Source of the DNA: Candidatus Comchoanobacterales bacterium
GTDB lineage: Bacteria > Pseudomonadota > Gammaproteobacteria > Comchoanobacterales > Comchoanobacteraceae
Reading direction: 5' to 3'
Assembly: GCA_965661085.1 (NCBI GenBank)
Contig: CBFIDA010000005.1
Location: forward strand, 3,134-67,133
DNA: 64,000 bases
Shown: positions 37,608 through 48,213 of the stretch, one piece after another
Position numbering within the stretch: the first letter of the stretch is position 1
How the letters are laid out: the number at the start of each line of letters is the position of its first letter
Notes under the pieces: generated by a model
Databases searched by the model: none
What the model saw: the letters and a program-made list of their open reading frames with translations, nothing else
What the model was told of the DNA's origin: nothing
Translations under genes and position numbers: made by a program

Positions 37608-38084
37608 GGCAAGCGTCCGTGGTGGGGTGTGCTCATGGTATGGGGTTTGTGGTCATCTGGCAAGTGGTATGGTGGCCTGCATGCCAGTTGCACCACCGTG
37701 GTGTTTTGCAAGATACGACCTTCTGGTTGGTCGCATGAAGCATCATGTGCTTTAAGCCATATTGTACCCATGCGCCTTGGATGTTTTTTGTAACATTTGC
37801 ATTGCTTGTAGGGTATGGTATTGCCAAAGAAATTTCATGCCCGTGCCTGCTGGCTTCCGTCTGTCGCCTCAATTGATTGTTTGCTGTGCGGTGCCAGGTT
37901 GTGAAGCATCTTGAGGGGCAACAGAAAAAACAACCTGCTCAAGAGGCGAGTGGCTATTTTAATGGGGTGGGTCTGAAATAATCTTGCTGGGGCTCGCATT
38001 GTGGATAGAATTGGGTATATAATATGGCCATGTTTTTGATACATGCTGATATGGCTTGCCGACCTGGCACATCAATTGGGGCGA

Positions 38085-40769
38085 ATGATCATGCTTGAAA
38101 CCAAACAATCTGTGGCACAGCACGTGTGTGACAACAACCGTTTAGAAACCGAAGAGTGGCTGGCAGCACTGCAGGGGCTTTTGCATTTTACCGATCTGGA
38201 GCGTGCCGCTTTTGTCATGCAGTGCCTGGTTGCCATGGCCGATCGTTTGGGTGTGCTCGACACCATGACGCTTGCAGGCAGTTTCACCAACAGTTGTGAC
38301 GACAAAGTGCCTGGGTTGCCCAAATGGACAGCAGCCGATCAAGCGGCCAGCAATTGGGTGCGTTGGCACGCCATGGCCATGGTGGTCCGCACCAATCGAA
38401 CCGCCAGTGAATTGGGTGGACACATTGCCACCTATGCGTCACAAGCTTATTTGATGGACGTTGGCATGCATTACTTTTTCAAGGGCCGCAACAGTCAGCA
38501 CAAAGAAGACTTGATTTTTTATCAGGGCCATGCTTCTCCGGGCGTTTATGCCCGTGCCTTGCTCGAAGGGCGGCTGACCCCAGATCAAATCATGCATTTT
38601 CGCCAAGAAACCGAAGGCAAGGGCGTATCATCTTACCCACATCCTTGGCTGATGCCAAAATTTTGGCAGTTTCCGACGGTGTCGATGGGCATTGGGCCTT
38701 TGTGTGCGGTCTATCAAGCGCGCTTCATGAAATATATGCAGGATCGTGGTCTGATCGCCGATCAAAACCGGAAAGTGTGGGCGTTTTGTGGCGATGGCGA
38801 AATGGACGAGCCAGAATCCACATCAGGCATTGCCTTGGCAGCGCGTGAAAAACTCGACAATTTGATCTTTGTCATCAACTGTAACTTACAACGCTTGGAT
38901 GGCCCAGTGCGTGGCAACGACAACATCATTGCCGAATTGGAATCACGCTTCCGTGGTGCAGGGTGGCGTGTCATCAAAGTGCTTTGGAATGGTGCTTGGG
39001 ATGCATTGTTTGCGCAGGACAAGCATGGTTTGCTTGCGCGCACTTTGGCAGCGTTGCCAGATGGTGAATATCAAAATCTGGCCACCAAAGGCAGTGCTTA
39101 CTGGCGGGAACACTTTTTTGCCCAACACCCCGATCTTGAGGCCATGGTGGCCAACTGGTCGGATGCTCAGTTGAATCAACTCGGTTTTGGGGGTCACGAT
39201 CCACAAAAAATCATTGCTGCGTATCATGCTGCTGTGCACACGAAAGGACGTCCTGTCTTGATTTTGCCTAAGACTGTCAAAGGTTATGGCATGGGCCCCT
39301 TGGGTGAAGCGGCCAACCCGACCCATCAACAAAAGAAGCTCCCAGGCGATGATTTGGTTGCATTTGTGCAACGTTTCAATTTGCTCCTCACCGAGCAACA
39401 AGCCAGAGATGCAGCGCTGGTGATGCCTGAAGAAAATGATGCTGGTTTGCAGCGCATTCGTGCTGTGCGGGCGCCATTGGGTGGCGGCATCCCTCAGAGA
39501 GATGCGACGTGTGCATCGCTCAAGATACCCGACCTTTCTGCATTTTCAGCCTTATTAGAAGGCACAGGTGAGCGCACCATCTCAACCACCATGGCCTTTG
39601 TGCGGCTGCTTGGGGTGCTGTTGCGTGATGCCAACATCAAGGATCGTGTCGTGCCCATTTTGGCCGATGAAAGCCGTACTTTTGGTATGGAAGGGTTGTT
39701 CAGGCAAATTGGCATCTACTCACCTCAAGGGCAGCGTTACGAGCCCATCGATCGCAAACAAATGATGTACTACAAAGAGTCCAAAACCGGCCAGCTGCTG
39801 CAAGAGGGCATCAACGAAGCCGGTGCCATGGCATCGTGGATGGCCGCTGCGTCGTCCTACAGTTGTCATGGTGAAGCCATGATCCCTTTCTACATTTACT
39901 ATTCGATGTTTGGCATCCAGCGTGTGGGTGATTTCATGTGGGCCGCGGGTGATCAGCGTTGCCGTGGATTTTTGTTGGGGGCCACATCAGGTCGCACCAC
40001 TTTGGCCGGTGAGGGTCTGCAGCACAACGATGGCCACAGTCAACTTTGGACCAACAACATCCCCAATTGCATCAGTTATGACCCCACTTATGCTTACGAA
40101 CTTGCAGTCATCATGCAACATGGCATGCAAGAGATGTATGTTGACCAAAAAGATGTCTATTATTACATCACCCTGACCAACGACAACATCGCCCATCCCC
40201 CGATGCCTGAAGATGCCGAAGCGGGCATCATCCGTGGCATGTATCGCTTGCAAGCCTCAAGTCTTGCGTCCGAGCAACCGGTCAGTTTGCTGGGTTGTGG
40301 TGCCATTTTGCCTGAGGTTGTCAAAGCTGCAGCCATTTTGGCCGATCGTTATCAAGTGGCTGCCGAAGTATGGAGTGTGCCAAGCTTCAATATGCTGCGT
40401 CGTGATGCGCAAGCTTGGCAGCGTCGTTGTCTGTTGTCACCGGAAGACGATCATGGCCAACCCTATGTTGCGGAATGTTTGGGGCAGGGAACTGCGCCTG
40501 TGATTGCCGCCACCGACTATGTCAAGTTGTTTGCCGAACAGGTGTCACCATTCATAGAGCGTCCGTATGAGGTTTTGGGAACCGACGGTTTCAGTCGCAG
40601 TGACACCCGAGCCAAGTTGCGTCAGCACTTTGAGGTCAACAGTGATCATGTGGTGTATGCCACTTTGGTATCATTGGCCCGAACGGGGCAAGTCGATTGG
40701 TCGGTGGTGCGTGAGGCACAACAAGATTTGAACATTCAGGTTGAAAAACCAGATCCCATGTTTGCATGA
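38085..40769 (+). CDS. aceE: pyruvate dehydrogenase E1 component
   Basis: The homodimeric-type E1 is about 890 aa and contains GDGEMDEPES (ThDP motif). It is followed by aceF and lpd. Confidence 0.95.
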   Translation: MIMLETKQSVAQHVCDNNRLETEEWLAALQGLLHFTDLERAAFVMQCLVAMADRLGVLDTMTLAGSFTNSCDDKVPGLPKWTAADQAASNWVRWHAMAMVVRTNRTASELGGHIATYASQAYLMDVGMHYFFKGRNSQHKEDLIFYQGHASPGVYARALLEGRLTPDQIMHFRQETEGKGVSSYPHPWLMPKFWQFPTVSMGIGPLCAVYQARFMKYMQDRGLIADQNRKVWAFCGDGEMDEPESTSGIALAAREKLDNLIFVINCNLQRLDGPVRGNDNIIAELESRFRGAGWRVIKVLWNGAWDALFAQDKHGLLARTLAALPDGEYQNLATKGSAYWREHFFAQHPDLEAMVANWSDAQLNQLGFGGHDPQKIIAAYHAAVHTKGRPVLILPKTVKGYGMGPLGEAANPTHQQKKLPGDDLVAFVQRFNLLLTEQQARDAALVMPEENDAGLQRIRAVRAPLGGGIPQRDATCASLKIPDLSAFSALLEGTGERTISTTMAFVRLLGVLLRDANIKDRVVPILADESRTFGMEGLFRQIGIYSPQGQRYEPIDRKQMMYYKESKTGQLLQEGINEAGAMASWMAAASSYSCHGEAMIPFYIYYSMFGIQRVGDFMWAAGDQRCRGFLLGATSGRTTLAGEGLQHNDGHSQLWTNNIPNCISYDPTYAYELAVIMQHGMQEMYVDQKDVYYYITLTNDNIAHPPMPEDAEAGIIRGMYRLQASSLASEQPVSLLGCGAILPEVVKAAAILADRYQVAAEVWSVPSFNMLRRDAQAWQRRCLLSPEDDHGQPYVAECLGQGTAPVIAATDYVKLFAEQVSPFIERPYEVLGTDGFSRSDTRAKLRQHFEVNSDHVVYATLVSLARTGQVDWSVVREAQQDLNIQVEKPDPMFA

Positions 40770-40788
40770 ATTTGACTTTGGAGTCGAT

Positions 40789-42426
40789 ATGGAAAAGCAC
40801 ATCATCATCCCAGATTTAGGCGGTGCAGAAGGCGTCACCGTGATTGAGCTACTGGTGCAACCTGGTCAGACCATTGTACCTGAAGCACCTTTGTTGACCT
40901 TAGAGGGTGATAAGGCCACCATGGAGGTGCCCGCACCTTTTGGCGGTTGTGTGCAGTCCATTGCAATCAAAGTTGGCGATACCGTATCTGAAGGGGATGT
41001 CTGCATGACTGTGACCACAGATGCCGAGACATCGGATGTGCCACCTGTGGCCACACCCGATGCAGCAACTGCTCTGGATCCAGATGTCACCACCAACCAG
41101 ACCGTGTGCATTCCCGACATTGGCGGCGCCGATGGCGTGGCGGTCATTGAGATCTTGGTTCAGGTTGGCGATGCTGTGGTTGAAGATCAGCCTTTGGTGA
41201 CGTTGGAGGGCGATAAAGCGACCATGGAAGTGCCATCACCCTTTGCGGGGCAAGTGACCAACATCGCACTCAAAGTTGGGGATACTGTGCAAGAGGGGCA
41301 TACTGTCTTAAGCCTTGCGACCGTTGGCAAGGCTGCGGCGCCCGCGGTGCCTCCTGCGCCACAACAGGCCACGGCTGTACAAGCGCCATCTGTGCCGGCA
41401 CAATCCAGCGCACCATCGTTGCCCATGGCGCCCGTCGACAGTGCCGCGTGCTTAGAAAATGCATCAACGGGACCTGTTTATGCAGGGCCAGTGGTGCGGC
41501 GCTATGCCAATGTGTATGGTGTGGATTTGACGCGTGTGCGCGGCAGTGGCCAGAAGGGGCGGATCACCAAAGACGATGTCACGCAAGCCATTCGTGCGAT
41601 GGTGCATGCGGCGCAAACAGGTGCGGTGCACCACGGGGATGCACCGGCATCTCAGCCCAAGCCTGCGCCGGCCAAAGAGATTGACTTCAGTCGCTTTGGA
41701 CCTGTGACACCGCAACCCATGTCAAAAATCAAGCAGCGTACAGGTACCTTTTTATCGACCAATTGGCAAACCATACCGCACGTCACCCAGCAAGACAGTG
41801 CCGACATCACGGCGCTTGAAACTTATCGAAAATCGCTCAACAGTGATTTGAAAGCGCAAGGGATCAAGTTGAGTCCTCTGGTCTTTATGATGAAAGCCGT
41901 TGCGGCTTGTTTGAAGCGACACCCAACGTTCAATGCGTCATTGAGTGGTGATGGCACCACATTGGTGCTTAAATCCTATTGTCATCTGGGTGTGGCCGTT
42001 GAAACACCCAATGGTTTGGTGGTGCCGGTCATTCGAGATGTGGATCAAAAAGACTTGGTCACGTTGTCTCAAGAAGTGGTCGCCATTGCAGAAAAAGCAC
42101 GCACCAAAGGCTTGGCGCCCAAGGACATGCAAGGGGGGTGTTTCACCATCTCCAGTTTGGGGGGTATCGGTGGCCAACATTTCACGCCCATTGTCAATGC
42201 ACCTGAAGTCGCCATCTTGGGTGTGTCGCGTGCGCGGCAACAGCCGACATGGCAGGGTGAAGCCTGGTTGCCCACTTTGCAAGTGCCTTTGTCGCTTTCT
42301 TATGACCATCGCGTGATTGATGGTGCCGATGGCGCACGTTTCATCACCGATCTCGTGGCCACCTTGGCCGACATGGATGCCGATATTTTTCAAGTTCAAA
42401 CCCCCATACATTCTACCGAGGAGTAA
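40789..42426 (+). CDS. aceF: dihydrolipoyllysine-residue acetyltransferase (E2), two lipoyl domains
   Basis: LEGDKATMEVP occurs twice. It also has a peripheral-subunit-binding domain and the catalytic DHRVIDGA. Confidence 0.95.
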   Translation: MEKHIIIPDLGGAEGVTVIELLVQPGQTIVPEAPLLTLEGDKATMEVPAPFGGCVQSIAIKVGDTVSEGDVCMTVTTDAETSDVPPVATPDAATALDPDVTTNQTVCIPDIGGADGVAVIEILVQVGDAVVEDQPLVTLEGDKATMEVPSPFAGQVTNIALKVGDTVQEGHTVLSLATVGKAAAPAVPPAPQQATAVQAPSVPAQSSAPSLPMAPVDSAACLENASTGPVYAGPVVRRYANVYGVDLTRVRGSGQKGRITKDDVTQAIRAMVHAAQTGAVHHGDAPASQPKPAPAKEIDFSRFGPVTPQPMSKIKQRTGTFLSTNWQTIPHVTQQDSADITALETYRKSLNSDLKAQGIKLSPLVFMMKAVAACLKRHPTFNASLSGDGTTLVLKSYCHLGVAVETPNGLVVPVIRDVDQKDLVTLSQEVVAIAEKARTKGLAPKDMQGGCFTISSLGGIGGQHFTPIVNAPEVAILGVSRARQQPTWQGEAWLPTLQVPLSLSYDHRVIDGADGARFITDLVATLADMDADIFQVQTPIHSTEE

Positions 42427-42429
42427 ATC

Positions 42430-43857
42430 ATGCAAAACAATACATTTGATGTCGTCGTATTGGGCAGTGGCCCAGGTGGTTATTCTGCCGCATTCAGAGC
42501 AGCCGATTTGGGCTTGAACGTTGCCTTGGTCGAGCGCTACCGCACTTTGGGTGGTGTGTGTTTGAATGTGGGCTGCATCCCTTCAAAAGCACTGTTGCAT
42601 GCTGCAGAACTGTTGAACGATTGTAAAGACATGCAGGCGCATGGCTTAAAAGTGGGTGATGTGTCTTGGGATGTGGATCAGTTGCGTGCCTGGAAAGAAA
42701 AAGTTGTGGGACAACTGACCGGTGGCCTAAGCCATTTGTCGAAGCAAAGAAAAGTCAAAGTGTTCCATGGCGTGGGTCAATTTCATGATGCCAACACGTT
42801 GTCTGTCGACCAAGAGGGCCAAAAAGTGACGATCACGTTTCAACATGCCATCATCGCAGCAGGCTCACAGCCAGTCAAACTGCCATTTTTGCCTGAAGAT
42901 GACCGCATTTTTGATTCCACGGGCGCTTTGGCGCTCAAAAAAACCGATGGCACCATGTTGGTGCTGGGTGGTGGCATCATTGGCTGTGAGATGGCAACCG
43001 TCTACAGCGCTTTGGGCTGTGACGTGACCATCGTTGAAATGATGGATCAGTTGATGCCTGGTGCCGACAAAGATTTGGTGGCCCCCTTGCAAAAGTTGAT
43101 GACGCAGCGCGGTATCACGCTGAAGCTTGGTGCCAAAGTTGAGGCGGTCAAAGCAAGTAAAAAAGGTTTGGAAGTGACCTTTGAGGGTGTCGACAAACCG
43201 GTCATGTTTGATCAGATTTTGGTCAGTGTTGGACGTAAACCCAATGGCCATGCGATTGGTGCAGATGCAGCAGGTGTGGCGGTGGACGAACGCGGCTTCA
43301 TTGCTGTGGATGCGCAGATGCGCACCAATGTCCCCCATATTTTTGCCATTGGTGACATTGTGGGACAGCCCATGTTGGCGCACAAAGCTGTGCCCGAAGG
43401 ACATTTGGCGGCTGAGGTGATTGCGGGGCATCCTGTGAAATTTGACGCTTTGTGCATCCCTTCGGTGGCTTACACCGATCCAGAAGTGGCGTGGGTGGGA
43501 TTGACAGAGACCGATGCCAATGCCCAGGGCATTGCTTATGAGAAAGGTGTTTTTCCTTGGGTGGCCAGTGGGCGTGCATTGTGTTTGGGGCGCACTGAAG
43601 GACTGACAAAAATTTTGATCGAACCCAACACAGGGCGTGTTTTGGGTGGGGCCATTGTTGGTCGTGTTGCAGGTGATCTAATCTCTGAATTTGCCTTGGC
43701 CATTGAAATGGGCGCCACAGCTGAAGATTTGGCCTTGACCATCCATCCACACCCCACATTGTCTGAAAGTGTGATGATGTCGGCTGAAATGGTTGAAGGC
43801 ACCATCACCGATTTGATTGCTCCCAAGAAAAAGAAACGCCCCGAAGCGGTGATCTGA
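42430..43857 (+). CDS. lpdA: dihydrolipoyl dehydrogenase (E3)
   Basis: GSGPGGY, the redox-active GGVCLNVGCIPSK and the C-terminal HPHPTLSE are present. Confidence 0.96.
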   Translation: MQNNTFDVVVLGSGPGGYSAAFRAADLGLNVALVERYRTLGGVCLNVGCIPSKALLHAAELLNDCKDMQAHGLKVGDVSWDVDQLRAWKEKVVGQLTGGLSHLSKQRKVKVFHGVGQFHDANTLSVDQEGQKVTITFQHAIIAAGSQPVKLPFLPEDDRIFDSTGALALKKTDGTMLVLGGGIIGCEMATVYSALGCDVTIVEMMDQLMPGADKDLVAPLQKLMTQRGITLKLGAKVEAVKASKKGLEVTFEGVDKPVMFDQILVSVGRKPNGHAIGADAAGVAVDERGFIAVDAQMRTNVPHIFAIGDIVGQPMLAHKAVPEGHLAAEVIAGHPVKFDALCIPSVAYTDPEVAWVGLTETDANAQGIAYEKGVFPWVASGRALCLGRTEGLTKILIEPNTGRVLGGAIVGRVAGDLISEFALAIEMGATAEDLALTIHPHPTLSESVMMSAEMVEGTITDLIAPKKKKRPEAVI

Positions 43858-43881
43858 CAATCGGCAAGGGCGAGGGGTCGC

Positions 43882-45189
43882 ATGAACTTACATGTGCAGG
43901 CTTCATCCTTACAAGGACGTATTGCTTTGCCAGGATCAAAATCGCAGAGCATACGCGCCATGTTGCTGGCCAGTTTGGCTGCGGGCACATCAAAGATTCG
44001 GCATTTGCCTGCTTCTCCTGATGTGGTGGCCATGCGTCAAGCTTGTGAACACATGGGTGCTGTTTGGCGTGAGGCGCCTGATGGTTGGCATGTGCGTGGT
44101 GTTGCCATGCGCCCCAAATTTTCACCCAACGCATGCATCGATGCTGGCAATTCTGGATTGGTGTTTCGATTCATGACCGCCATGGCTGTCATGTCCAGCA
44201 CACCTGTTGTCATCACGGGTGATGCATCGATTTGTCGGCGACGTCCAATTCAGCCATTGCTTGCAGCACTGCAACAGCGCGGTGCCCATGTCCGCCATTT
44301 GGCGCGCGAAGGTCATGCGCCTTTTGAGATTCATGGCCCAGTACAGGCGGGCCTTGTGACCATGGCGGGTCAGGATTCACAATGGGTTTCTGCCATGTTG
44401 TGGTTGGCTGCTTTGTTGCCTGGGGTGACAACATTGCATGTGCATGACTCTGGAGAGCGGCCTTGGGTTGATTTGACGTTGTCGTGGTTGAAACGTTTGG
44501 GGGTGCGGTACACTGCGCAGGACCATGAGGTGTACATCGTTCAAGGCGCACGCCCCTGGCCAGGGTTTGTGTATCAAGTGCCGGGTGATTTGAGTGGCAT
44601 GGCTTATCCTTTGTGTGCGGCGCTTTTGTGCCCTTCGGTCATTGAGATTACCCATGTTGATTTGAACGAGCCACAAGGGGACCAGCGCCTGTTGGATCAT
44701 ATACGAGCCATGGGCGGGTGCTTCACCATCGATGCGGCCCAGCAGAGGATTTTGGTGTCTGGGCCCCAAACCCTTCATGGCATCGATGTCGACATCAACG
44801 ATTGTATTGATATGGTGACCATGCTGGCGGTGATGGGGGCTTTTGCGTCGGGAACAACCGTCATCAAAGGCGCTGCCATGGCACGTCATAAAGAGAGCAA
44901 TCGATTGGCCGTCATGCAAGACCTGTTGACGCGTATGGGCGCGGTGGTGGCTTGCACGCAGGATGGCTTGATTCTTCAAGGTGGTCGTGTCCTGAGAGCG
45001 ACTCAAGGACATGGATATCAAGATCATCGTGTTGTCATGGCGTGGGTGGTTGCCGCCCTGGCCATCCAGGGCGAGACCATCATCACAGACAGTCACTGGG
45101 TGCGCAAAAGTTTCCCAAGTTTTGTTTCAGACATGCAAGCTTTGGGTGCCAGCATGTCCCTGCACTGTCCCACGGGTATGAAAGCATGA
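43882..45189 (+). CDS. aroA: 3-phosphoshikimate 1-carboxyvinyltransferase (EPSP synthase)
   Basis: LPGSKSQSIRAMLLASLA, GNSGLVFRF and KESNRL are present. Confidence 0.93.
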   Translation: MNLHVQASSLQGRIALPGSKSQSIRAMLLASLAAGTSKIRHLPASPDVVAMRQACEHMGAVWREAPDGWHVRGVAMRPKFSPNACIDAGNSGLVFRFMTAMAVMSSTPVVITGDASICRRRPIQPLLAALQQRGAHVRHLAREGHAPFEIHGPVQAGLVTMAGQDSQWVSAMLWLAALLPGVTTLHVHDSGERPWVDLTLSWLKRLGVRYTAQDHEVYIVQGARPWPGFVYQVPGDLSGMAYPLCAALLCPSVIEITHVDLNEPQGDQRLLDHIRAMGGCFTIDAAQQRILVSGPQTLHGIDVDINDCIDMVTMLAVMGAFASGTTVIKGAAMARHKESNRLAVMQDLLTRMGAVVACTQDGLILQGGRVLRATQGHGYQDHRVVMAWVVAALAIQGETIITDSHWVRKSFPSFVSDMQALGASMSLHCPTGMKA

Positions 45190-45701
45190 TGGTGCTGGTG
45201 GGCCCCAGAGGGGTTGGCAAAACCACTTTGGGTCAATGTATGGCCATTGATCATGGTTGGCGATGGCAGGACTCAGACCAAGTCATCTGTCAGGATTTGG
45301 GGGTGTCAGCAATCCGGGATGCATACCAAACATTGGGTGAGCAAGCCTTTCGGCAACTGGAATCTGATGTGATTCGACGCTGCTTGGCAAAAAATCTTGA
45401 TGTGTTGACATTGGGTGGTGGTGCATTGGGACACGATGCAACCTGTCAAATATTGTTAGGGCATTGTTGTGTGGCATTGTCCATGCCCATGCACCAGTTG
45501 TGGCAACGATGGCAAAACACCCCACGGCTACGTACCTGGATCACTGGGCCACAATCGTTGGCATGTTTCAATGCTTATTGGCTAAGGCGGCAACAAGAAG
45601 TGGCATCGATACAAGTGTCATGGACCCTGGATGCCAGCCATTCACTGTGTGAACAAGCATCTTGCTTAAAAAAGTTCCGGTGCTGTTCGGTGCCTGGATA
45701 A
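45186..45701 (+). CDS. aroK: shikimate kinase
   Basis: The ATG overlaps the aroA stop (ATGA). GPRGVGKTT is the P-loop, followed by DSD and LGGGAL motifs. Confidence 0.85.
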   Translation: MMVLVGPRGVGKTTLGQCMAIDHGWRWQDSDQVICQDLGVSAIRDAYQTLGEQAFRQLESDVIRRCLAKNLDVLTLGGGALGHDATCQILLGHCCVALSMPMHQLWQRWQNTPRLRTWITGPQSLACFNAYWLRRQQEVASIQVSWTLDASHSLCEQASCLKKFRCCSVPG

Positions 45702-45927
45702 TGTCATTGCATCTTGCTGGGATGCCTGATGTTCAATTCAAGGCATCATGGTGATGCAACATGGGTCGAATATGGTGATCTTCTTTCAGAGTGGGTGGTG
45801 TTGACCTGTGGCACATATTATTCTATCTTATTGGAGAGGGGGAGTTGTCGTCTTTAATTGATGCTTTGTGCTGGTTTAAGCGTAAGACTTTGACTCTTTG
45901 TGTCATGAAAGAAAAAGGAAAAGTGCC

Positions 45928-47565
45928 GTGCTGAAAGTAGAAAAAGATGTCGCATCGCACAAACAATATTTCTTCCCAATTCATTTTATTTCTCCGCTTT
46001 GGTCATATTTAGATAAACCAAAAATTCAGATTGAATCCATTCGGCACTCATATTTACGGGTGTCTGACTCACTCTTGGATAAGCTTACAGCGTATGTTTC
46101 ACAGGACCATAAAACGCAAAGTGCAACACCACTGGTGCCCCCCAACTCGGTGCGATTTTTGCCTGGAAAGGTCATCAGTTCTGCAATGTTGGTCGATACT
46201 TGTTCGCTTTTTTCAGACATCACTTCTTCTCAGACCATTGCTAAAAAACTTGAATGCCTCAACACATTGAAAGATCAGCTGGATGAGGGGAGTAAATCCA
46301 CTTTCAATCCACATCATGTTGGCCAGGTTGATGTCAAAACATTTTTGAATCTAGAAGCTGGGAAAAAAGCCATTGAAAAAGCTTTAGAGCTGCTTTTTCT
46401 GAAAATCACATCCATGGCAGAAAAGTTTGGATTCAATGCAGCAGTTGTCTCAATTGCTGGCAACAACCTCAAAGAGATGATTTTTGATGATTCTGACAAC
46501 AACAAATCATGGGAGGATTACATCAAAGCAGCAGCTGTAGAACATGTGTTTGAGCACCAGTGTCCGCGGCGTCTTAGAAAGTATGTCAATGCATGCCAAG
46601 CATTATTAGGAAAAAACATCACCAATAAAGATTATGAAAGTCTTGTGCGGATTGCATGGATGCTGAATCGCATCAGTTCAAAGTTGAGGGCCAAAGATCT
46701 CGATTTTAAAACCACATTTTTCAATGCTTGGGCGAAGAGTAGTGTCATTACCAGTTGTACCAATACCAGGCCATTTGAAAAGATATTGAGCGACCTGATC
46801 GAGCGTGAACCGTGGCCACAAAAGATTCACAAGATGGTGTATCAAGATGAAATTGACCCAGACAAGTATATTTCAAGAAGTACAGAAGATGTTAATCCAG
46901 AATCCAAGCAGAAGATTGCGGATGCAAAACCGGCATACTATCGTGCTTTGACGACATTTCGTCCGCTGTATCAACATTGGAGATCAACAGCGCTTCAAAA
47001 AAAATTTCTTCAGGACGGTTTGAACTTGGGATATTACAAAGATCAAGATATTTTTGCCAGCATACGTACCCAATTGAAAGGCACACGCAAGCACTATCGA
47101 CGAGAGCGGTCGCTCATAACATACGCATTTTTAGTTTCTTACATTGAAAGTTTGGAAAAAATATTCAGCAGTTCCACCCAAAAATTCACCATTGTCATGC
47201 ATCATCGTACTGGTTTGTCTAAAGCGTTGTCCCGTTGTGCAGTCATGATCAATGCTCAATTGAATTTGCTCTTCAGATCTTTATTCAAAGATAAAGGTAG
47301 TCAAAAGGCATTTCCTTGCGTGCAGTTAAAGTTTACAAGCGATGACATGCTGGCCATGCTTGATGCAAAGCAGCGCCCCCTGGTAAAAGACGAACATGGC
47401 GCGCCTTCCACATCTGTTTCATCAGCACAGAGCCAGAGTTCAACAGAAATAAACCCGCTTGCACCCATACCACAACCATTAAGCACACCAGATTTGCCAT
47501 CGGTGAACGGGGCTGGAGTAAACGTACCGCCATGGATGTTGAAACAGGCAAAAGCCGCATTGTAG
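45928..47565 (+). CDS. orphan ~545-aa protein (candidate effector)
   Basis: This is a long frame in A+T-rich DNA. The start is either TTG 45898 (track) or GTG 45928 (AGGAAA upstream). The C-terminus is Ser/Pro-rich and ends in PPWMLKQAKAAL. I recognise no motif. Confidence 0.65.
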   Translation: MLKVEKDVASHKQYFFPIHFISPLWSYLDKPKIQIESIRHSYLRVSDSLLDKLTAYVSQDHKTQSATPLVPPNSVRFLPGKVISSAMLVDTCSLFSDITSSQTIAKKLECLNTLKDQLDEGSKSTFNPHHVGQVDVKTFLNLEAGKKAIEKALELLFLKITSMAEKFGFNAAVVSIAGNNLKEMIFDDSDNNKSWEDYIKAAAVEHVFEHQCPRRLRKYVNACQALLGKNITNKDYESLVRIAWMLNRISSKLRAKDLDFKTTFFNAWAKSSVITSCTNTRPFEKILSDLIEREPWPQKIHKMVYQDEIDPDKYISRSTEDVNPESKQKIADAKPAYYRALTTFRPLYQHWRSTALQKKFLQDGLNLGYYKDQDIFASIRTQLKGTRKHYRRERSLITYAFLVSYIESLEKIFSSSTQKFTIVMHHRTGLSKALSRCAVMINAQLNLLFRSLFKDKGSQKAFPCVQLKFTSDDMLAMLDAKQRPLVKDEHGAPSTSVSSAQSQSSTEINPLAPIPQPLSTPDLPSVNGAGVNVPPWMLKQAKAAL

Positions 47566-47634
47566 AAAGTCTTGAAACATCGCTGCAATCTCTCTTGTGC
47601 ATGACCATCATTTAAAAGTTAAGGAGGACTTTTA

Positions 47635-48045
47635 GTGTTGAAAACCCCACCTTTTACCACATCTTTTTTGTTGGTCGAGGACGACCAGGTTATTACATTT
47701 GCGACAAAAAAACTGCTGGAGATGAAGTTGGTAGATGTTGCGATTGATTGTGCAGGTACTGGTGAATTGGCGAAAGATTATATCAGAAACAAGGCTTATG
47801 ACTTCATTCTGCTGGATCTTGGACTGCCCGACATGCATGGCAGTGAATTGGCCGTTTATGCAAAAACCAATGACAACAGTCGATGTCTGACCTCTAGCAT
47901 TGTTGTGCTTTCGGCACATCAGATGATCGAGAATCATGATCATGAGGCGTTCAAACATGTTGAATGTTGCATCAGTAAACCGCTGACCACACAGTGGATT
48001 GACCGTTTGTTTGGTGCTGCCATGCTTCGCCATACGGCTGTTTGA
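47635..48045 (+). CDS. single-domain response regulator (receiver only)
   Basis: AAGGAGG lies 7 nt upstream of GTG 47635. The receiver motifs are LLVEDD, ILLDLGLPD (phospho-Asp), VVLSAH and ISKP. There is no output domain. Confidence 0.85.
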   Translation: MLKTPPFTTSFLLVEDDQVITFATKKLLEMKLVDVAIDCAGTGELAKDYIRNKAYDFILLDLGLPDMHGSELAVYAKTNDNSRCLTSSIVVLSAHQMIENHDHEAFKHVECCISKPLTTQWIDRLFGAAMLRHTAV

Positions 48046-48213
48046 CCCTTGACCTTGATAGACGCCCCAGATGTCTTGAGTCAGCATTTTGGTCTGAGCT
48101 GACAACCGTGGTGCTTTTGGACATTGTATTGCCTCTGATGATGGTGCACAGGGATGAAGCAAGCATGTGGGGCGATTGTCAGGCATCATCTTGACGTTTA
48201 AAAAAGGGAGAGC

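Noticed and set aside
44377-45096. A 239-aa ORF on the minus strand.
   Set aside because: It is antisense to aroA, and its composition (His/Arg/Gln/Pro-rich) is that of a shadow frame.
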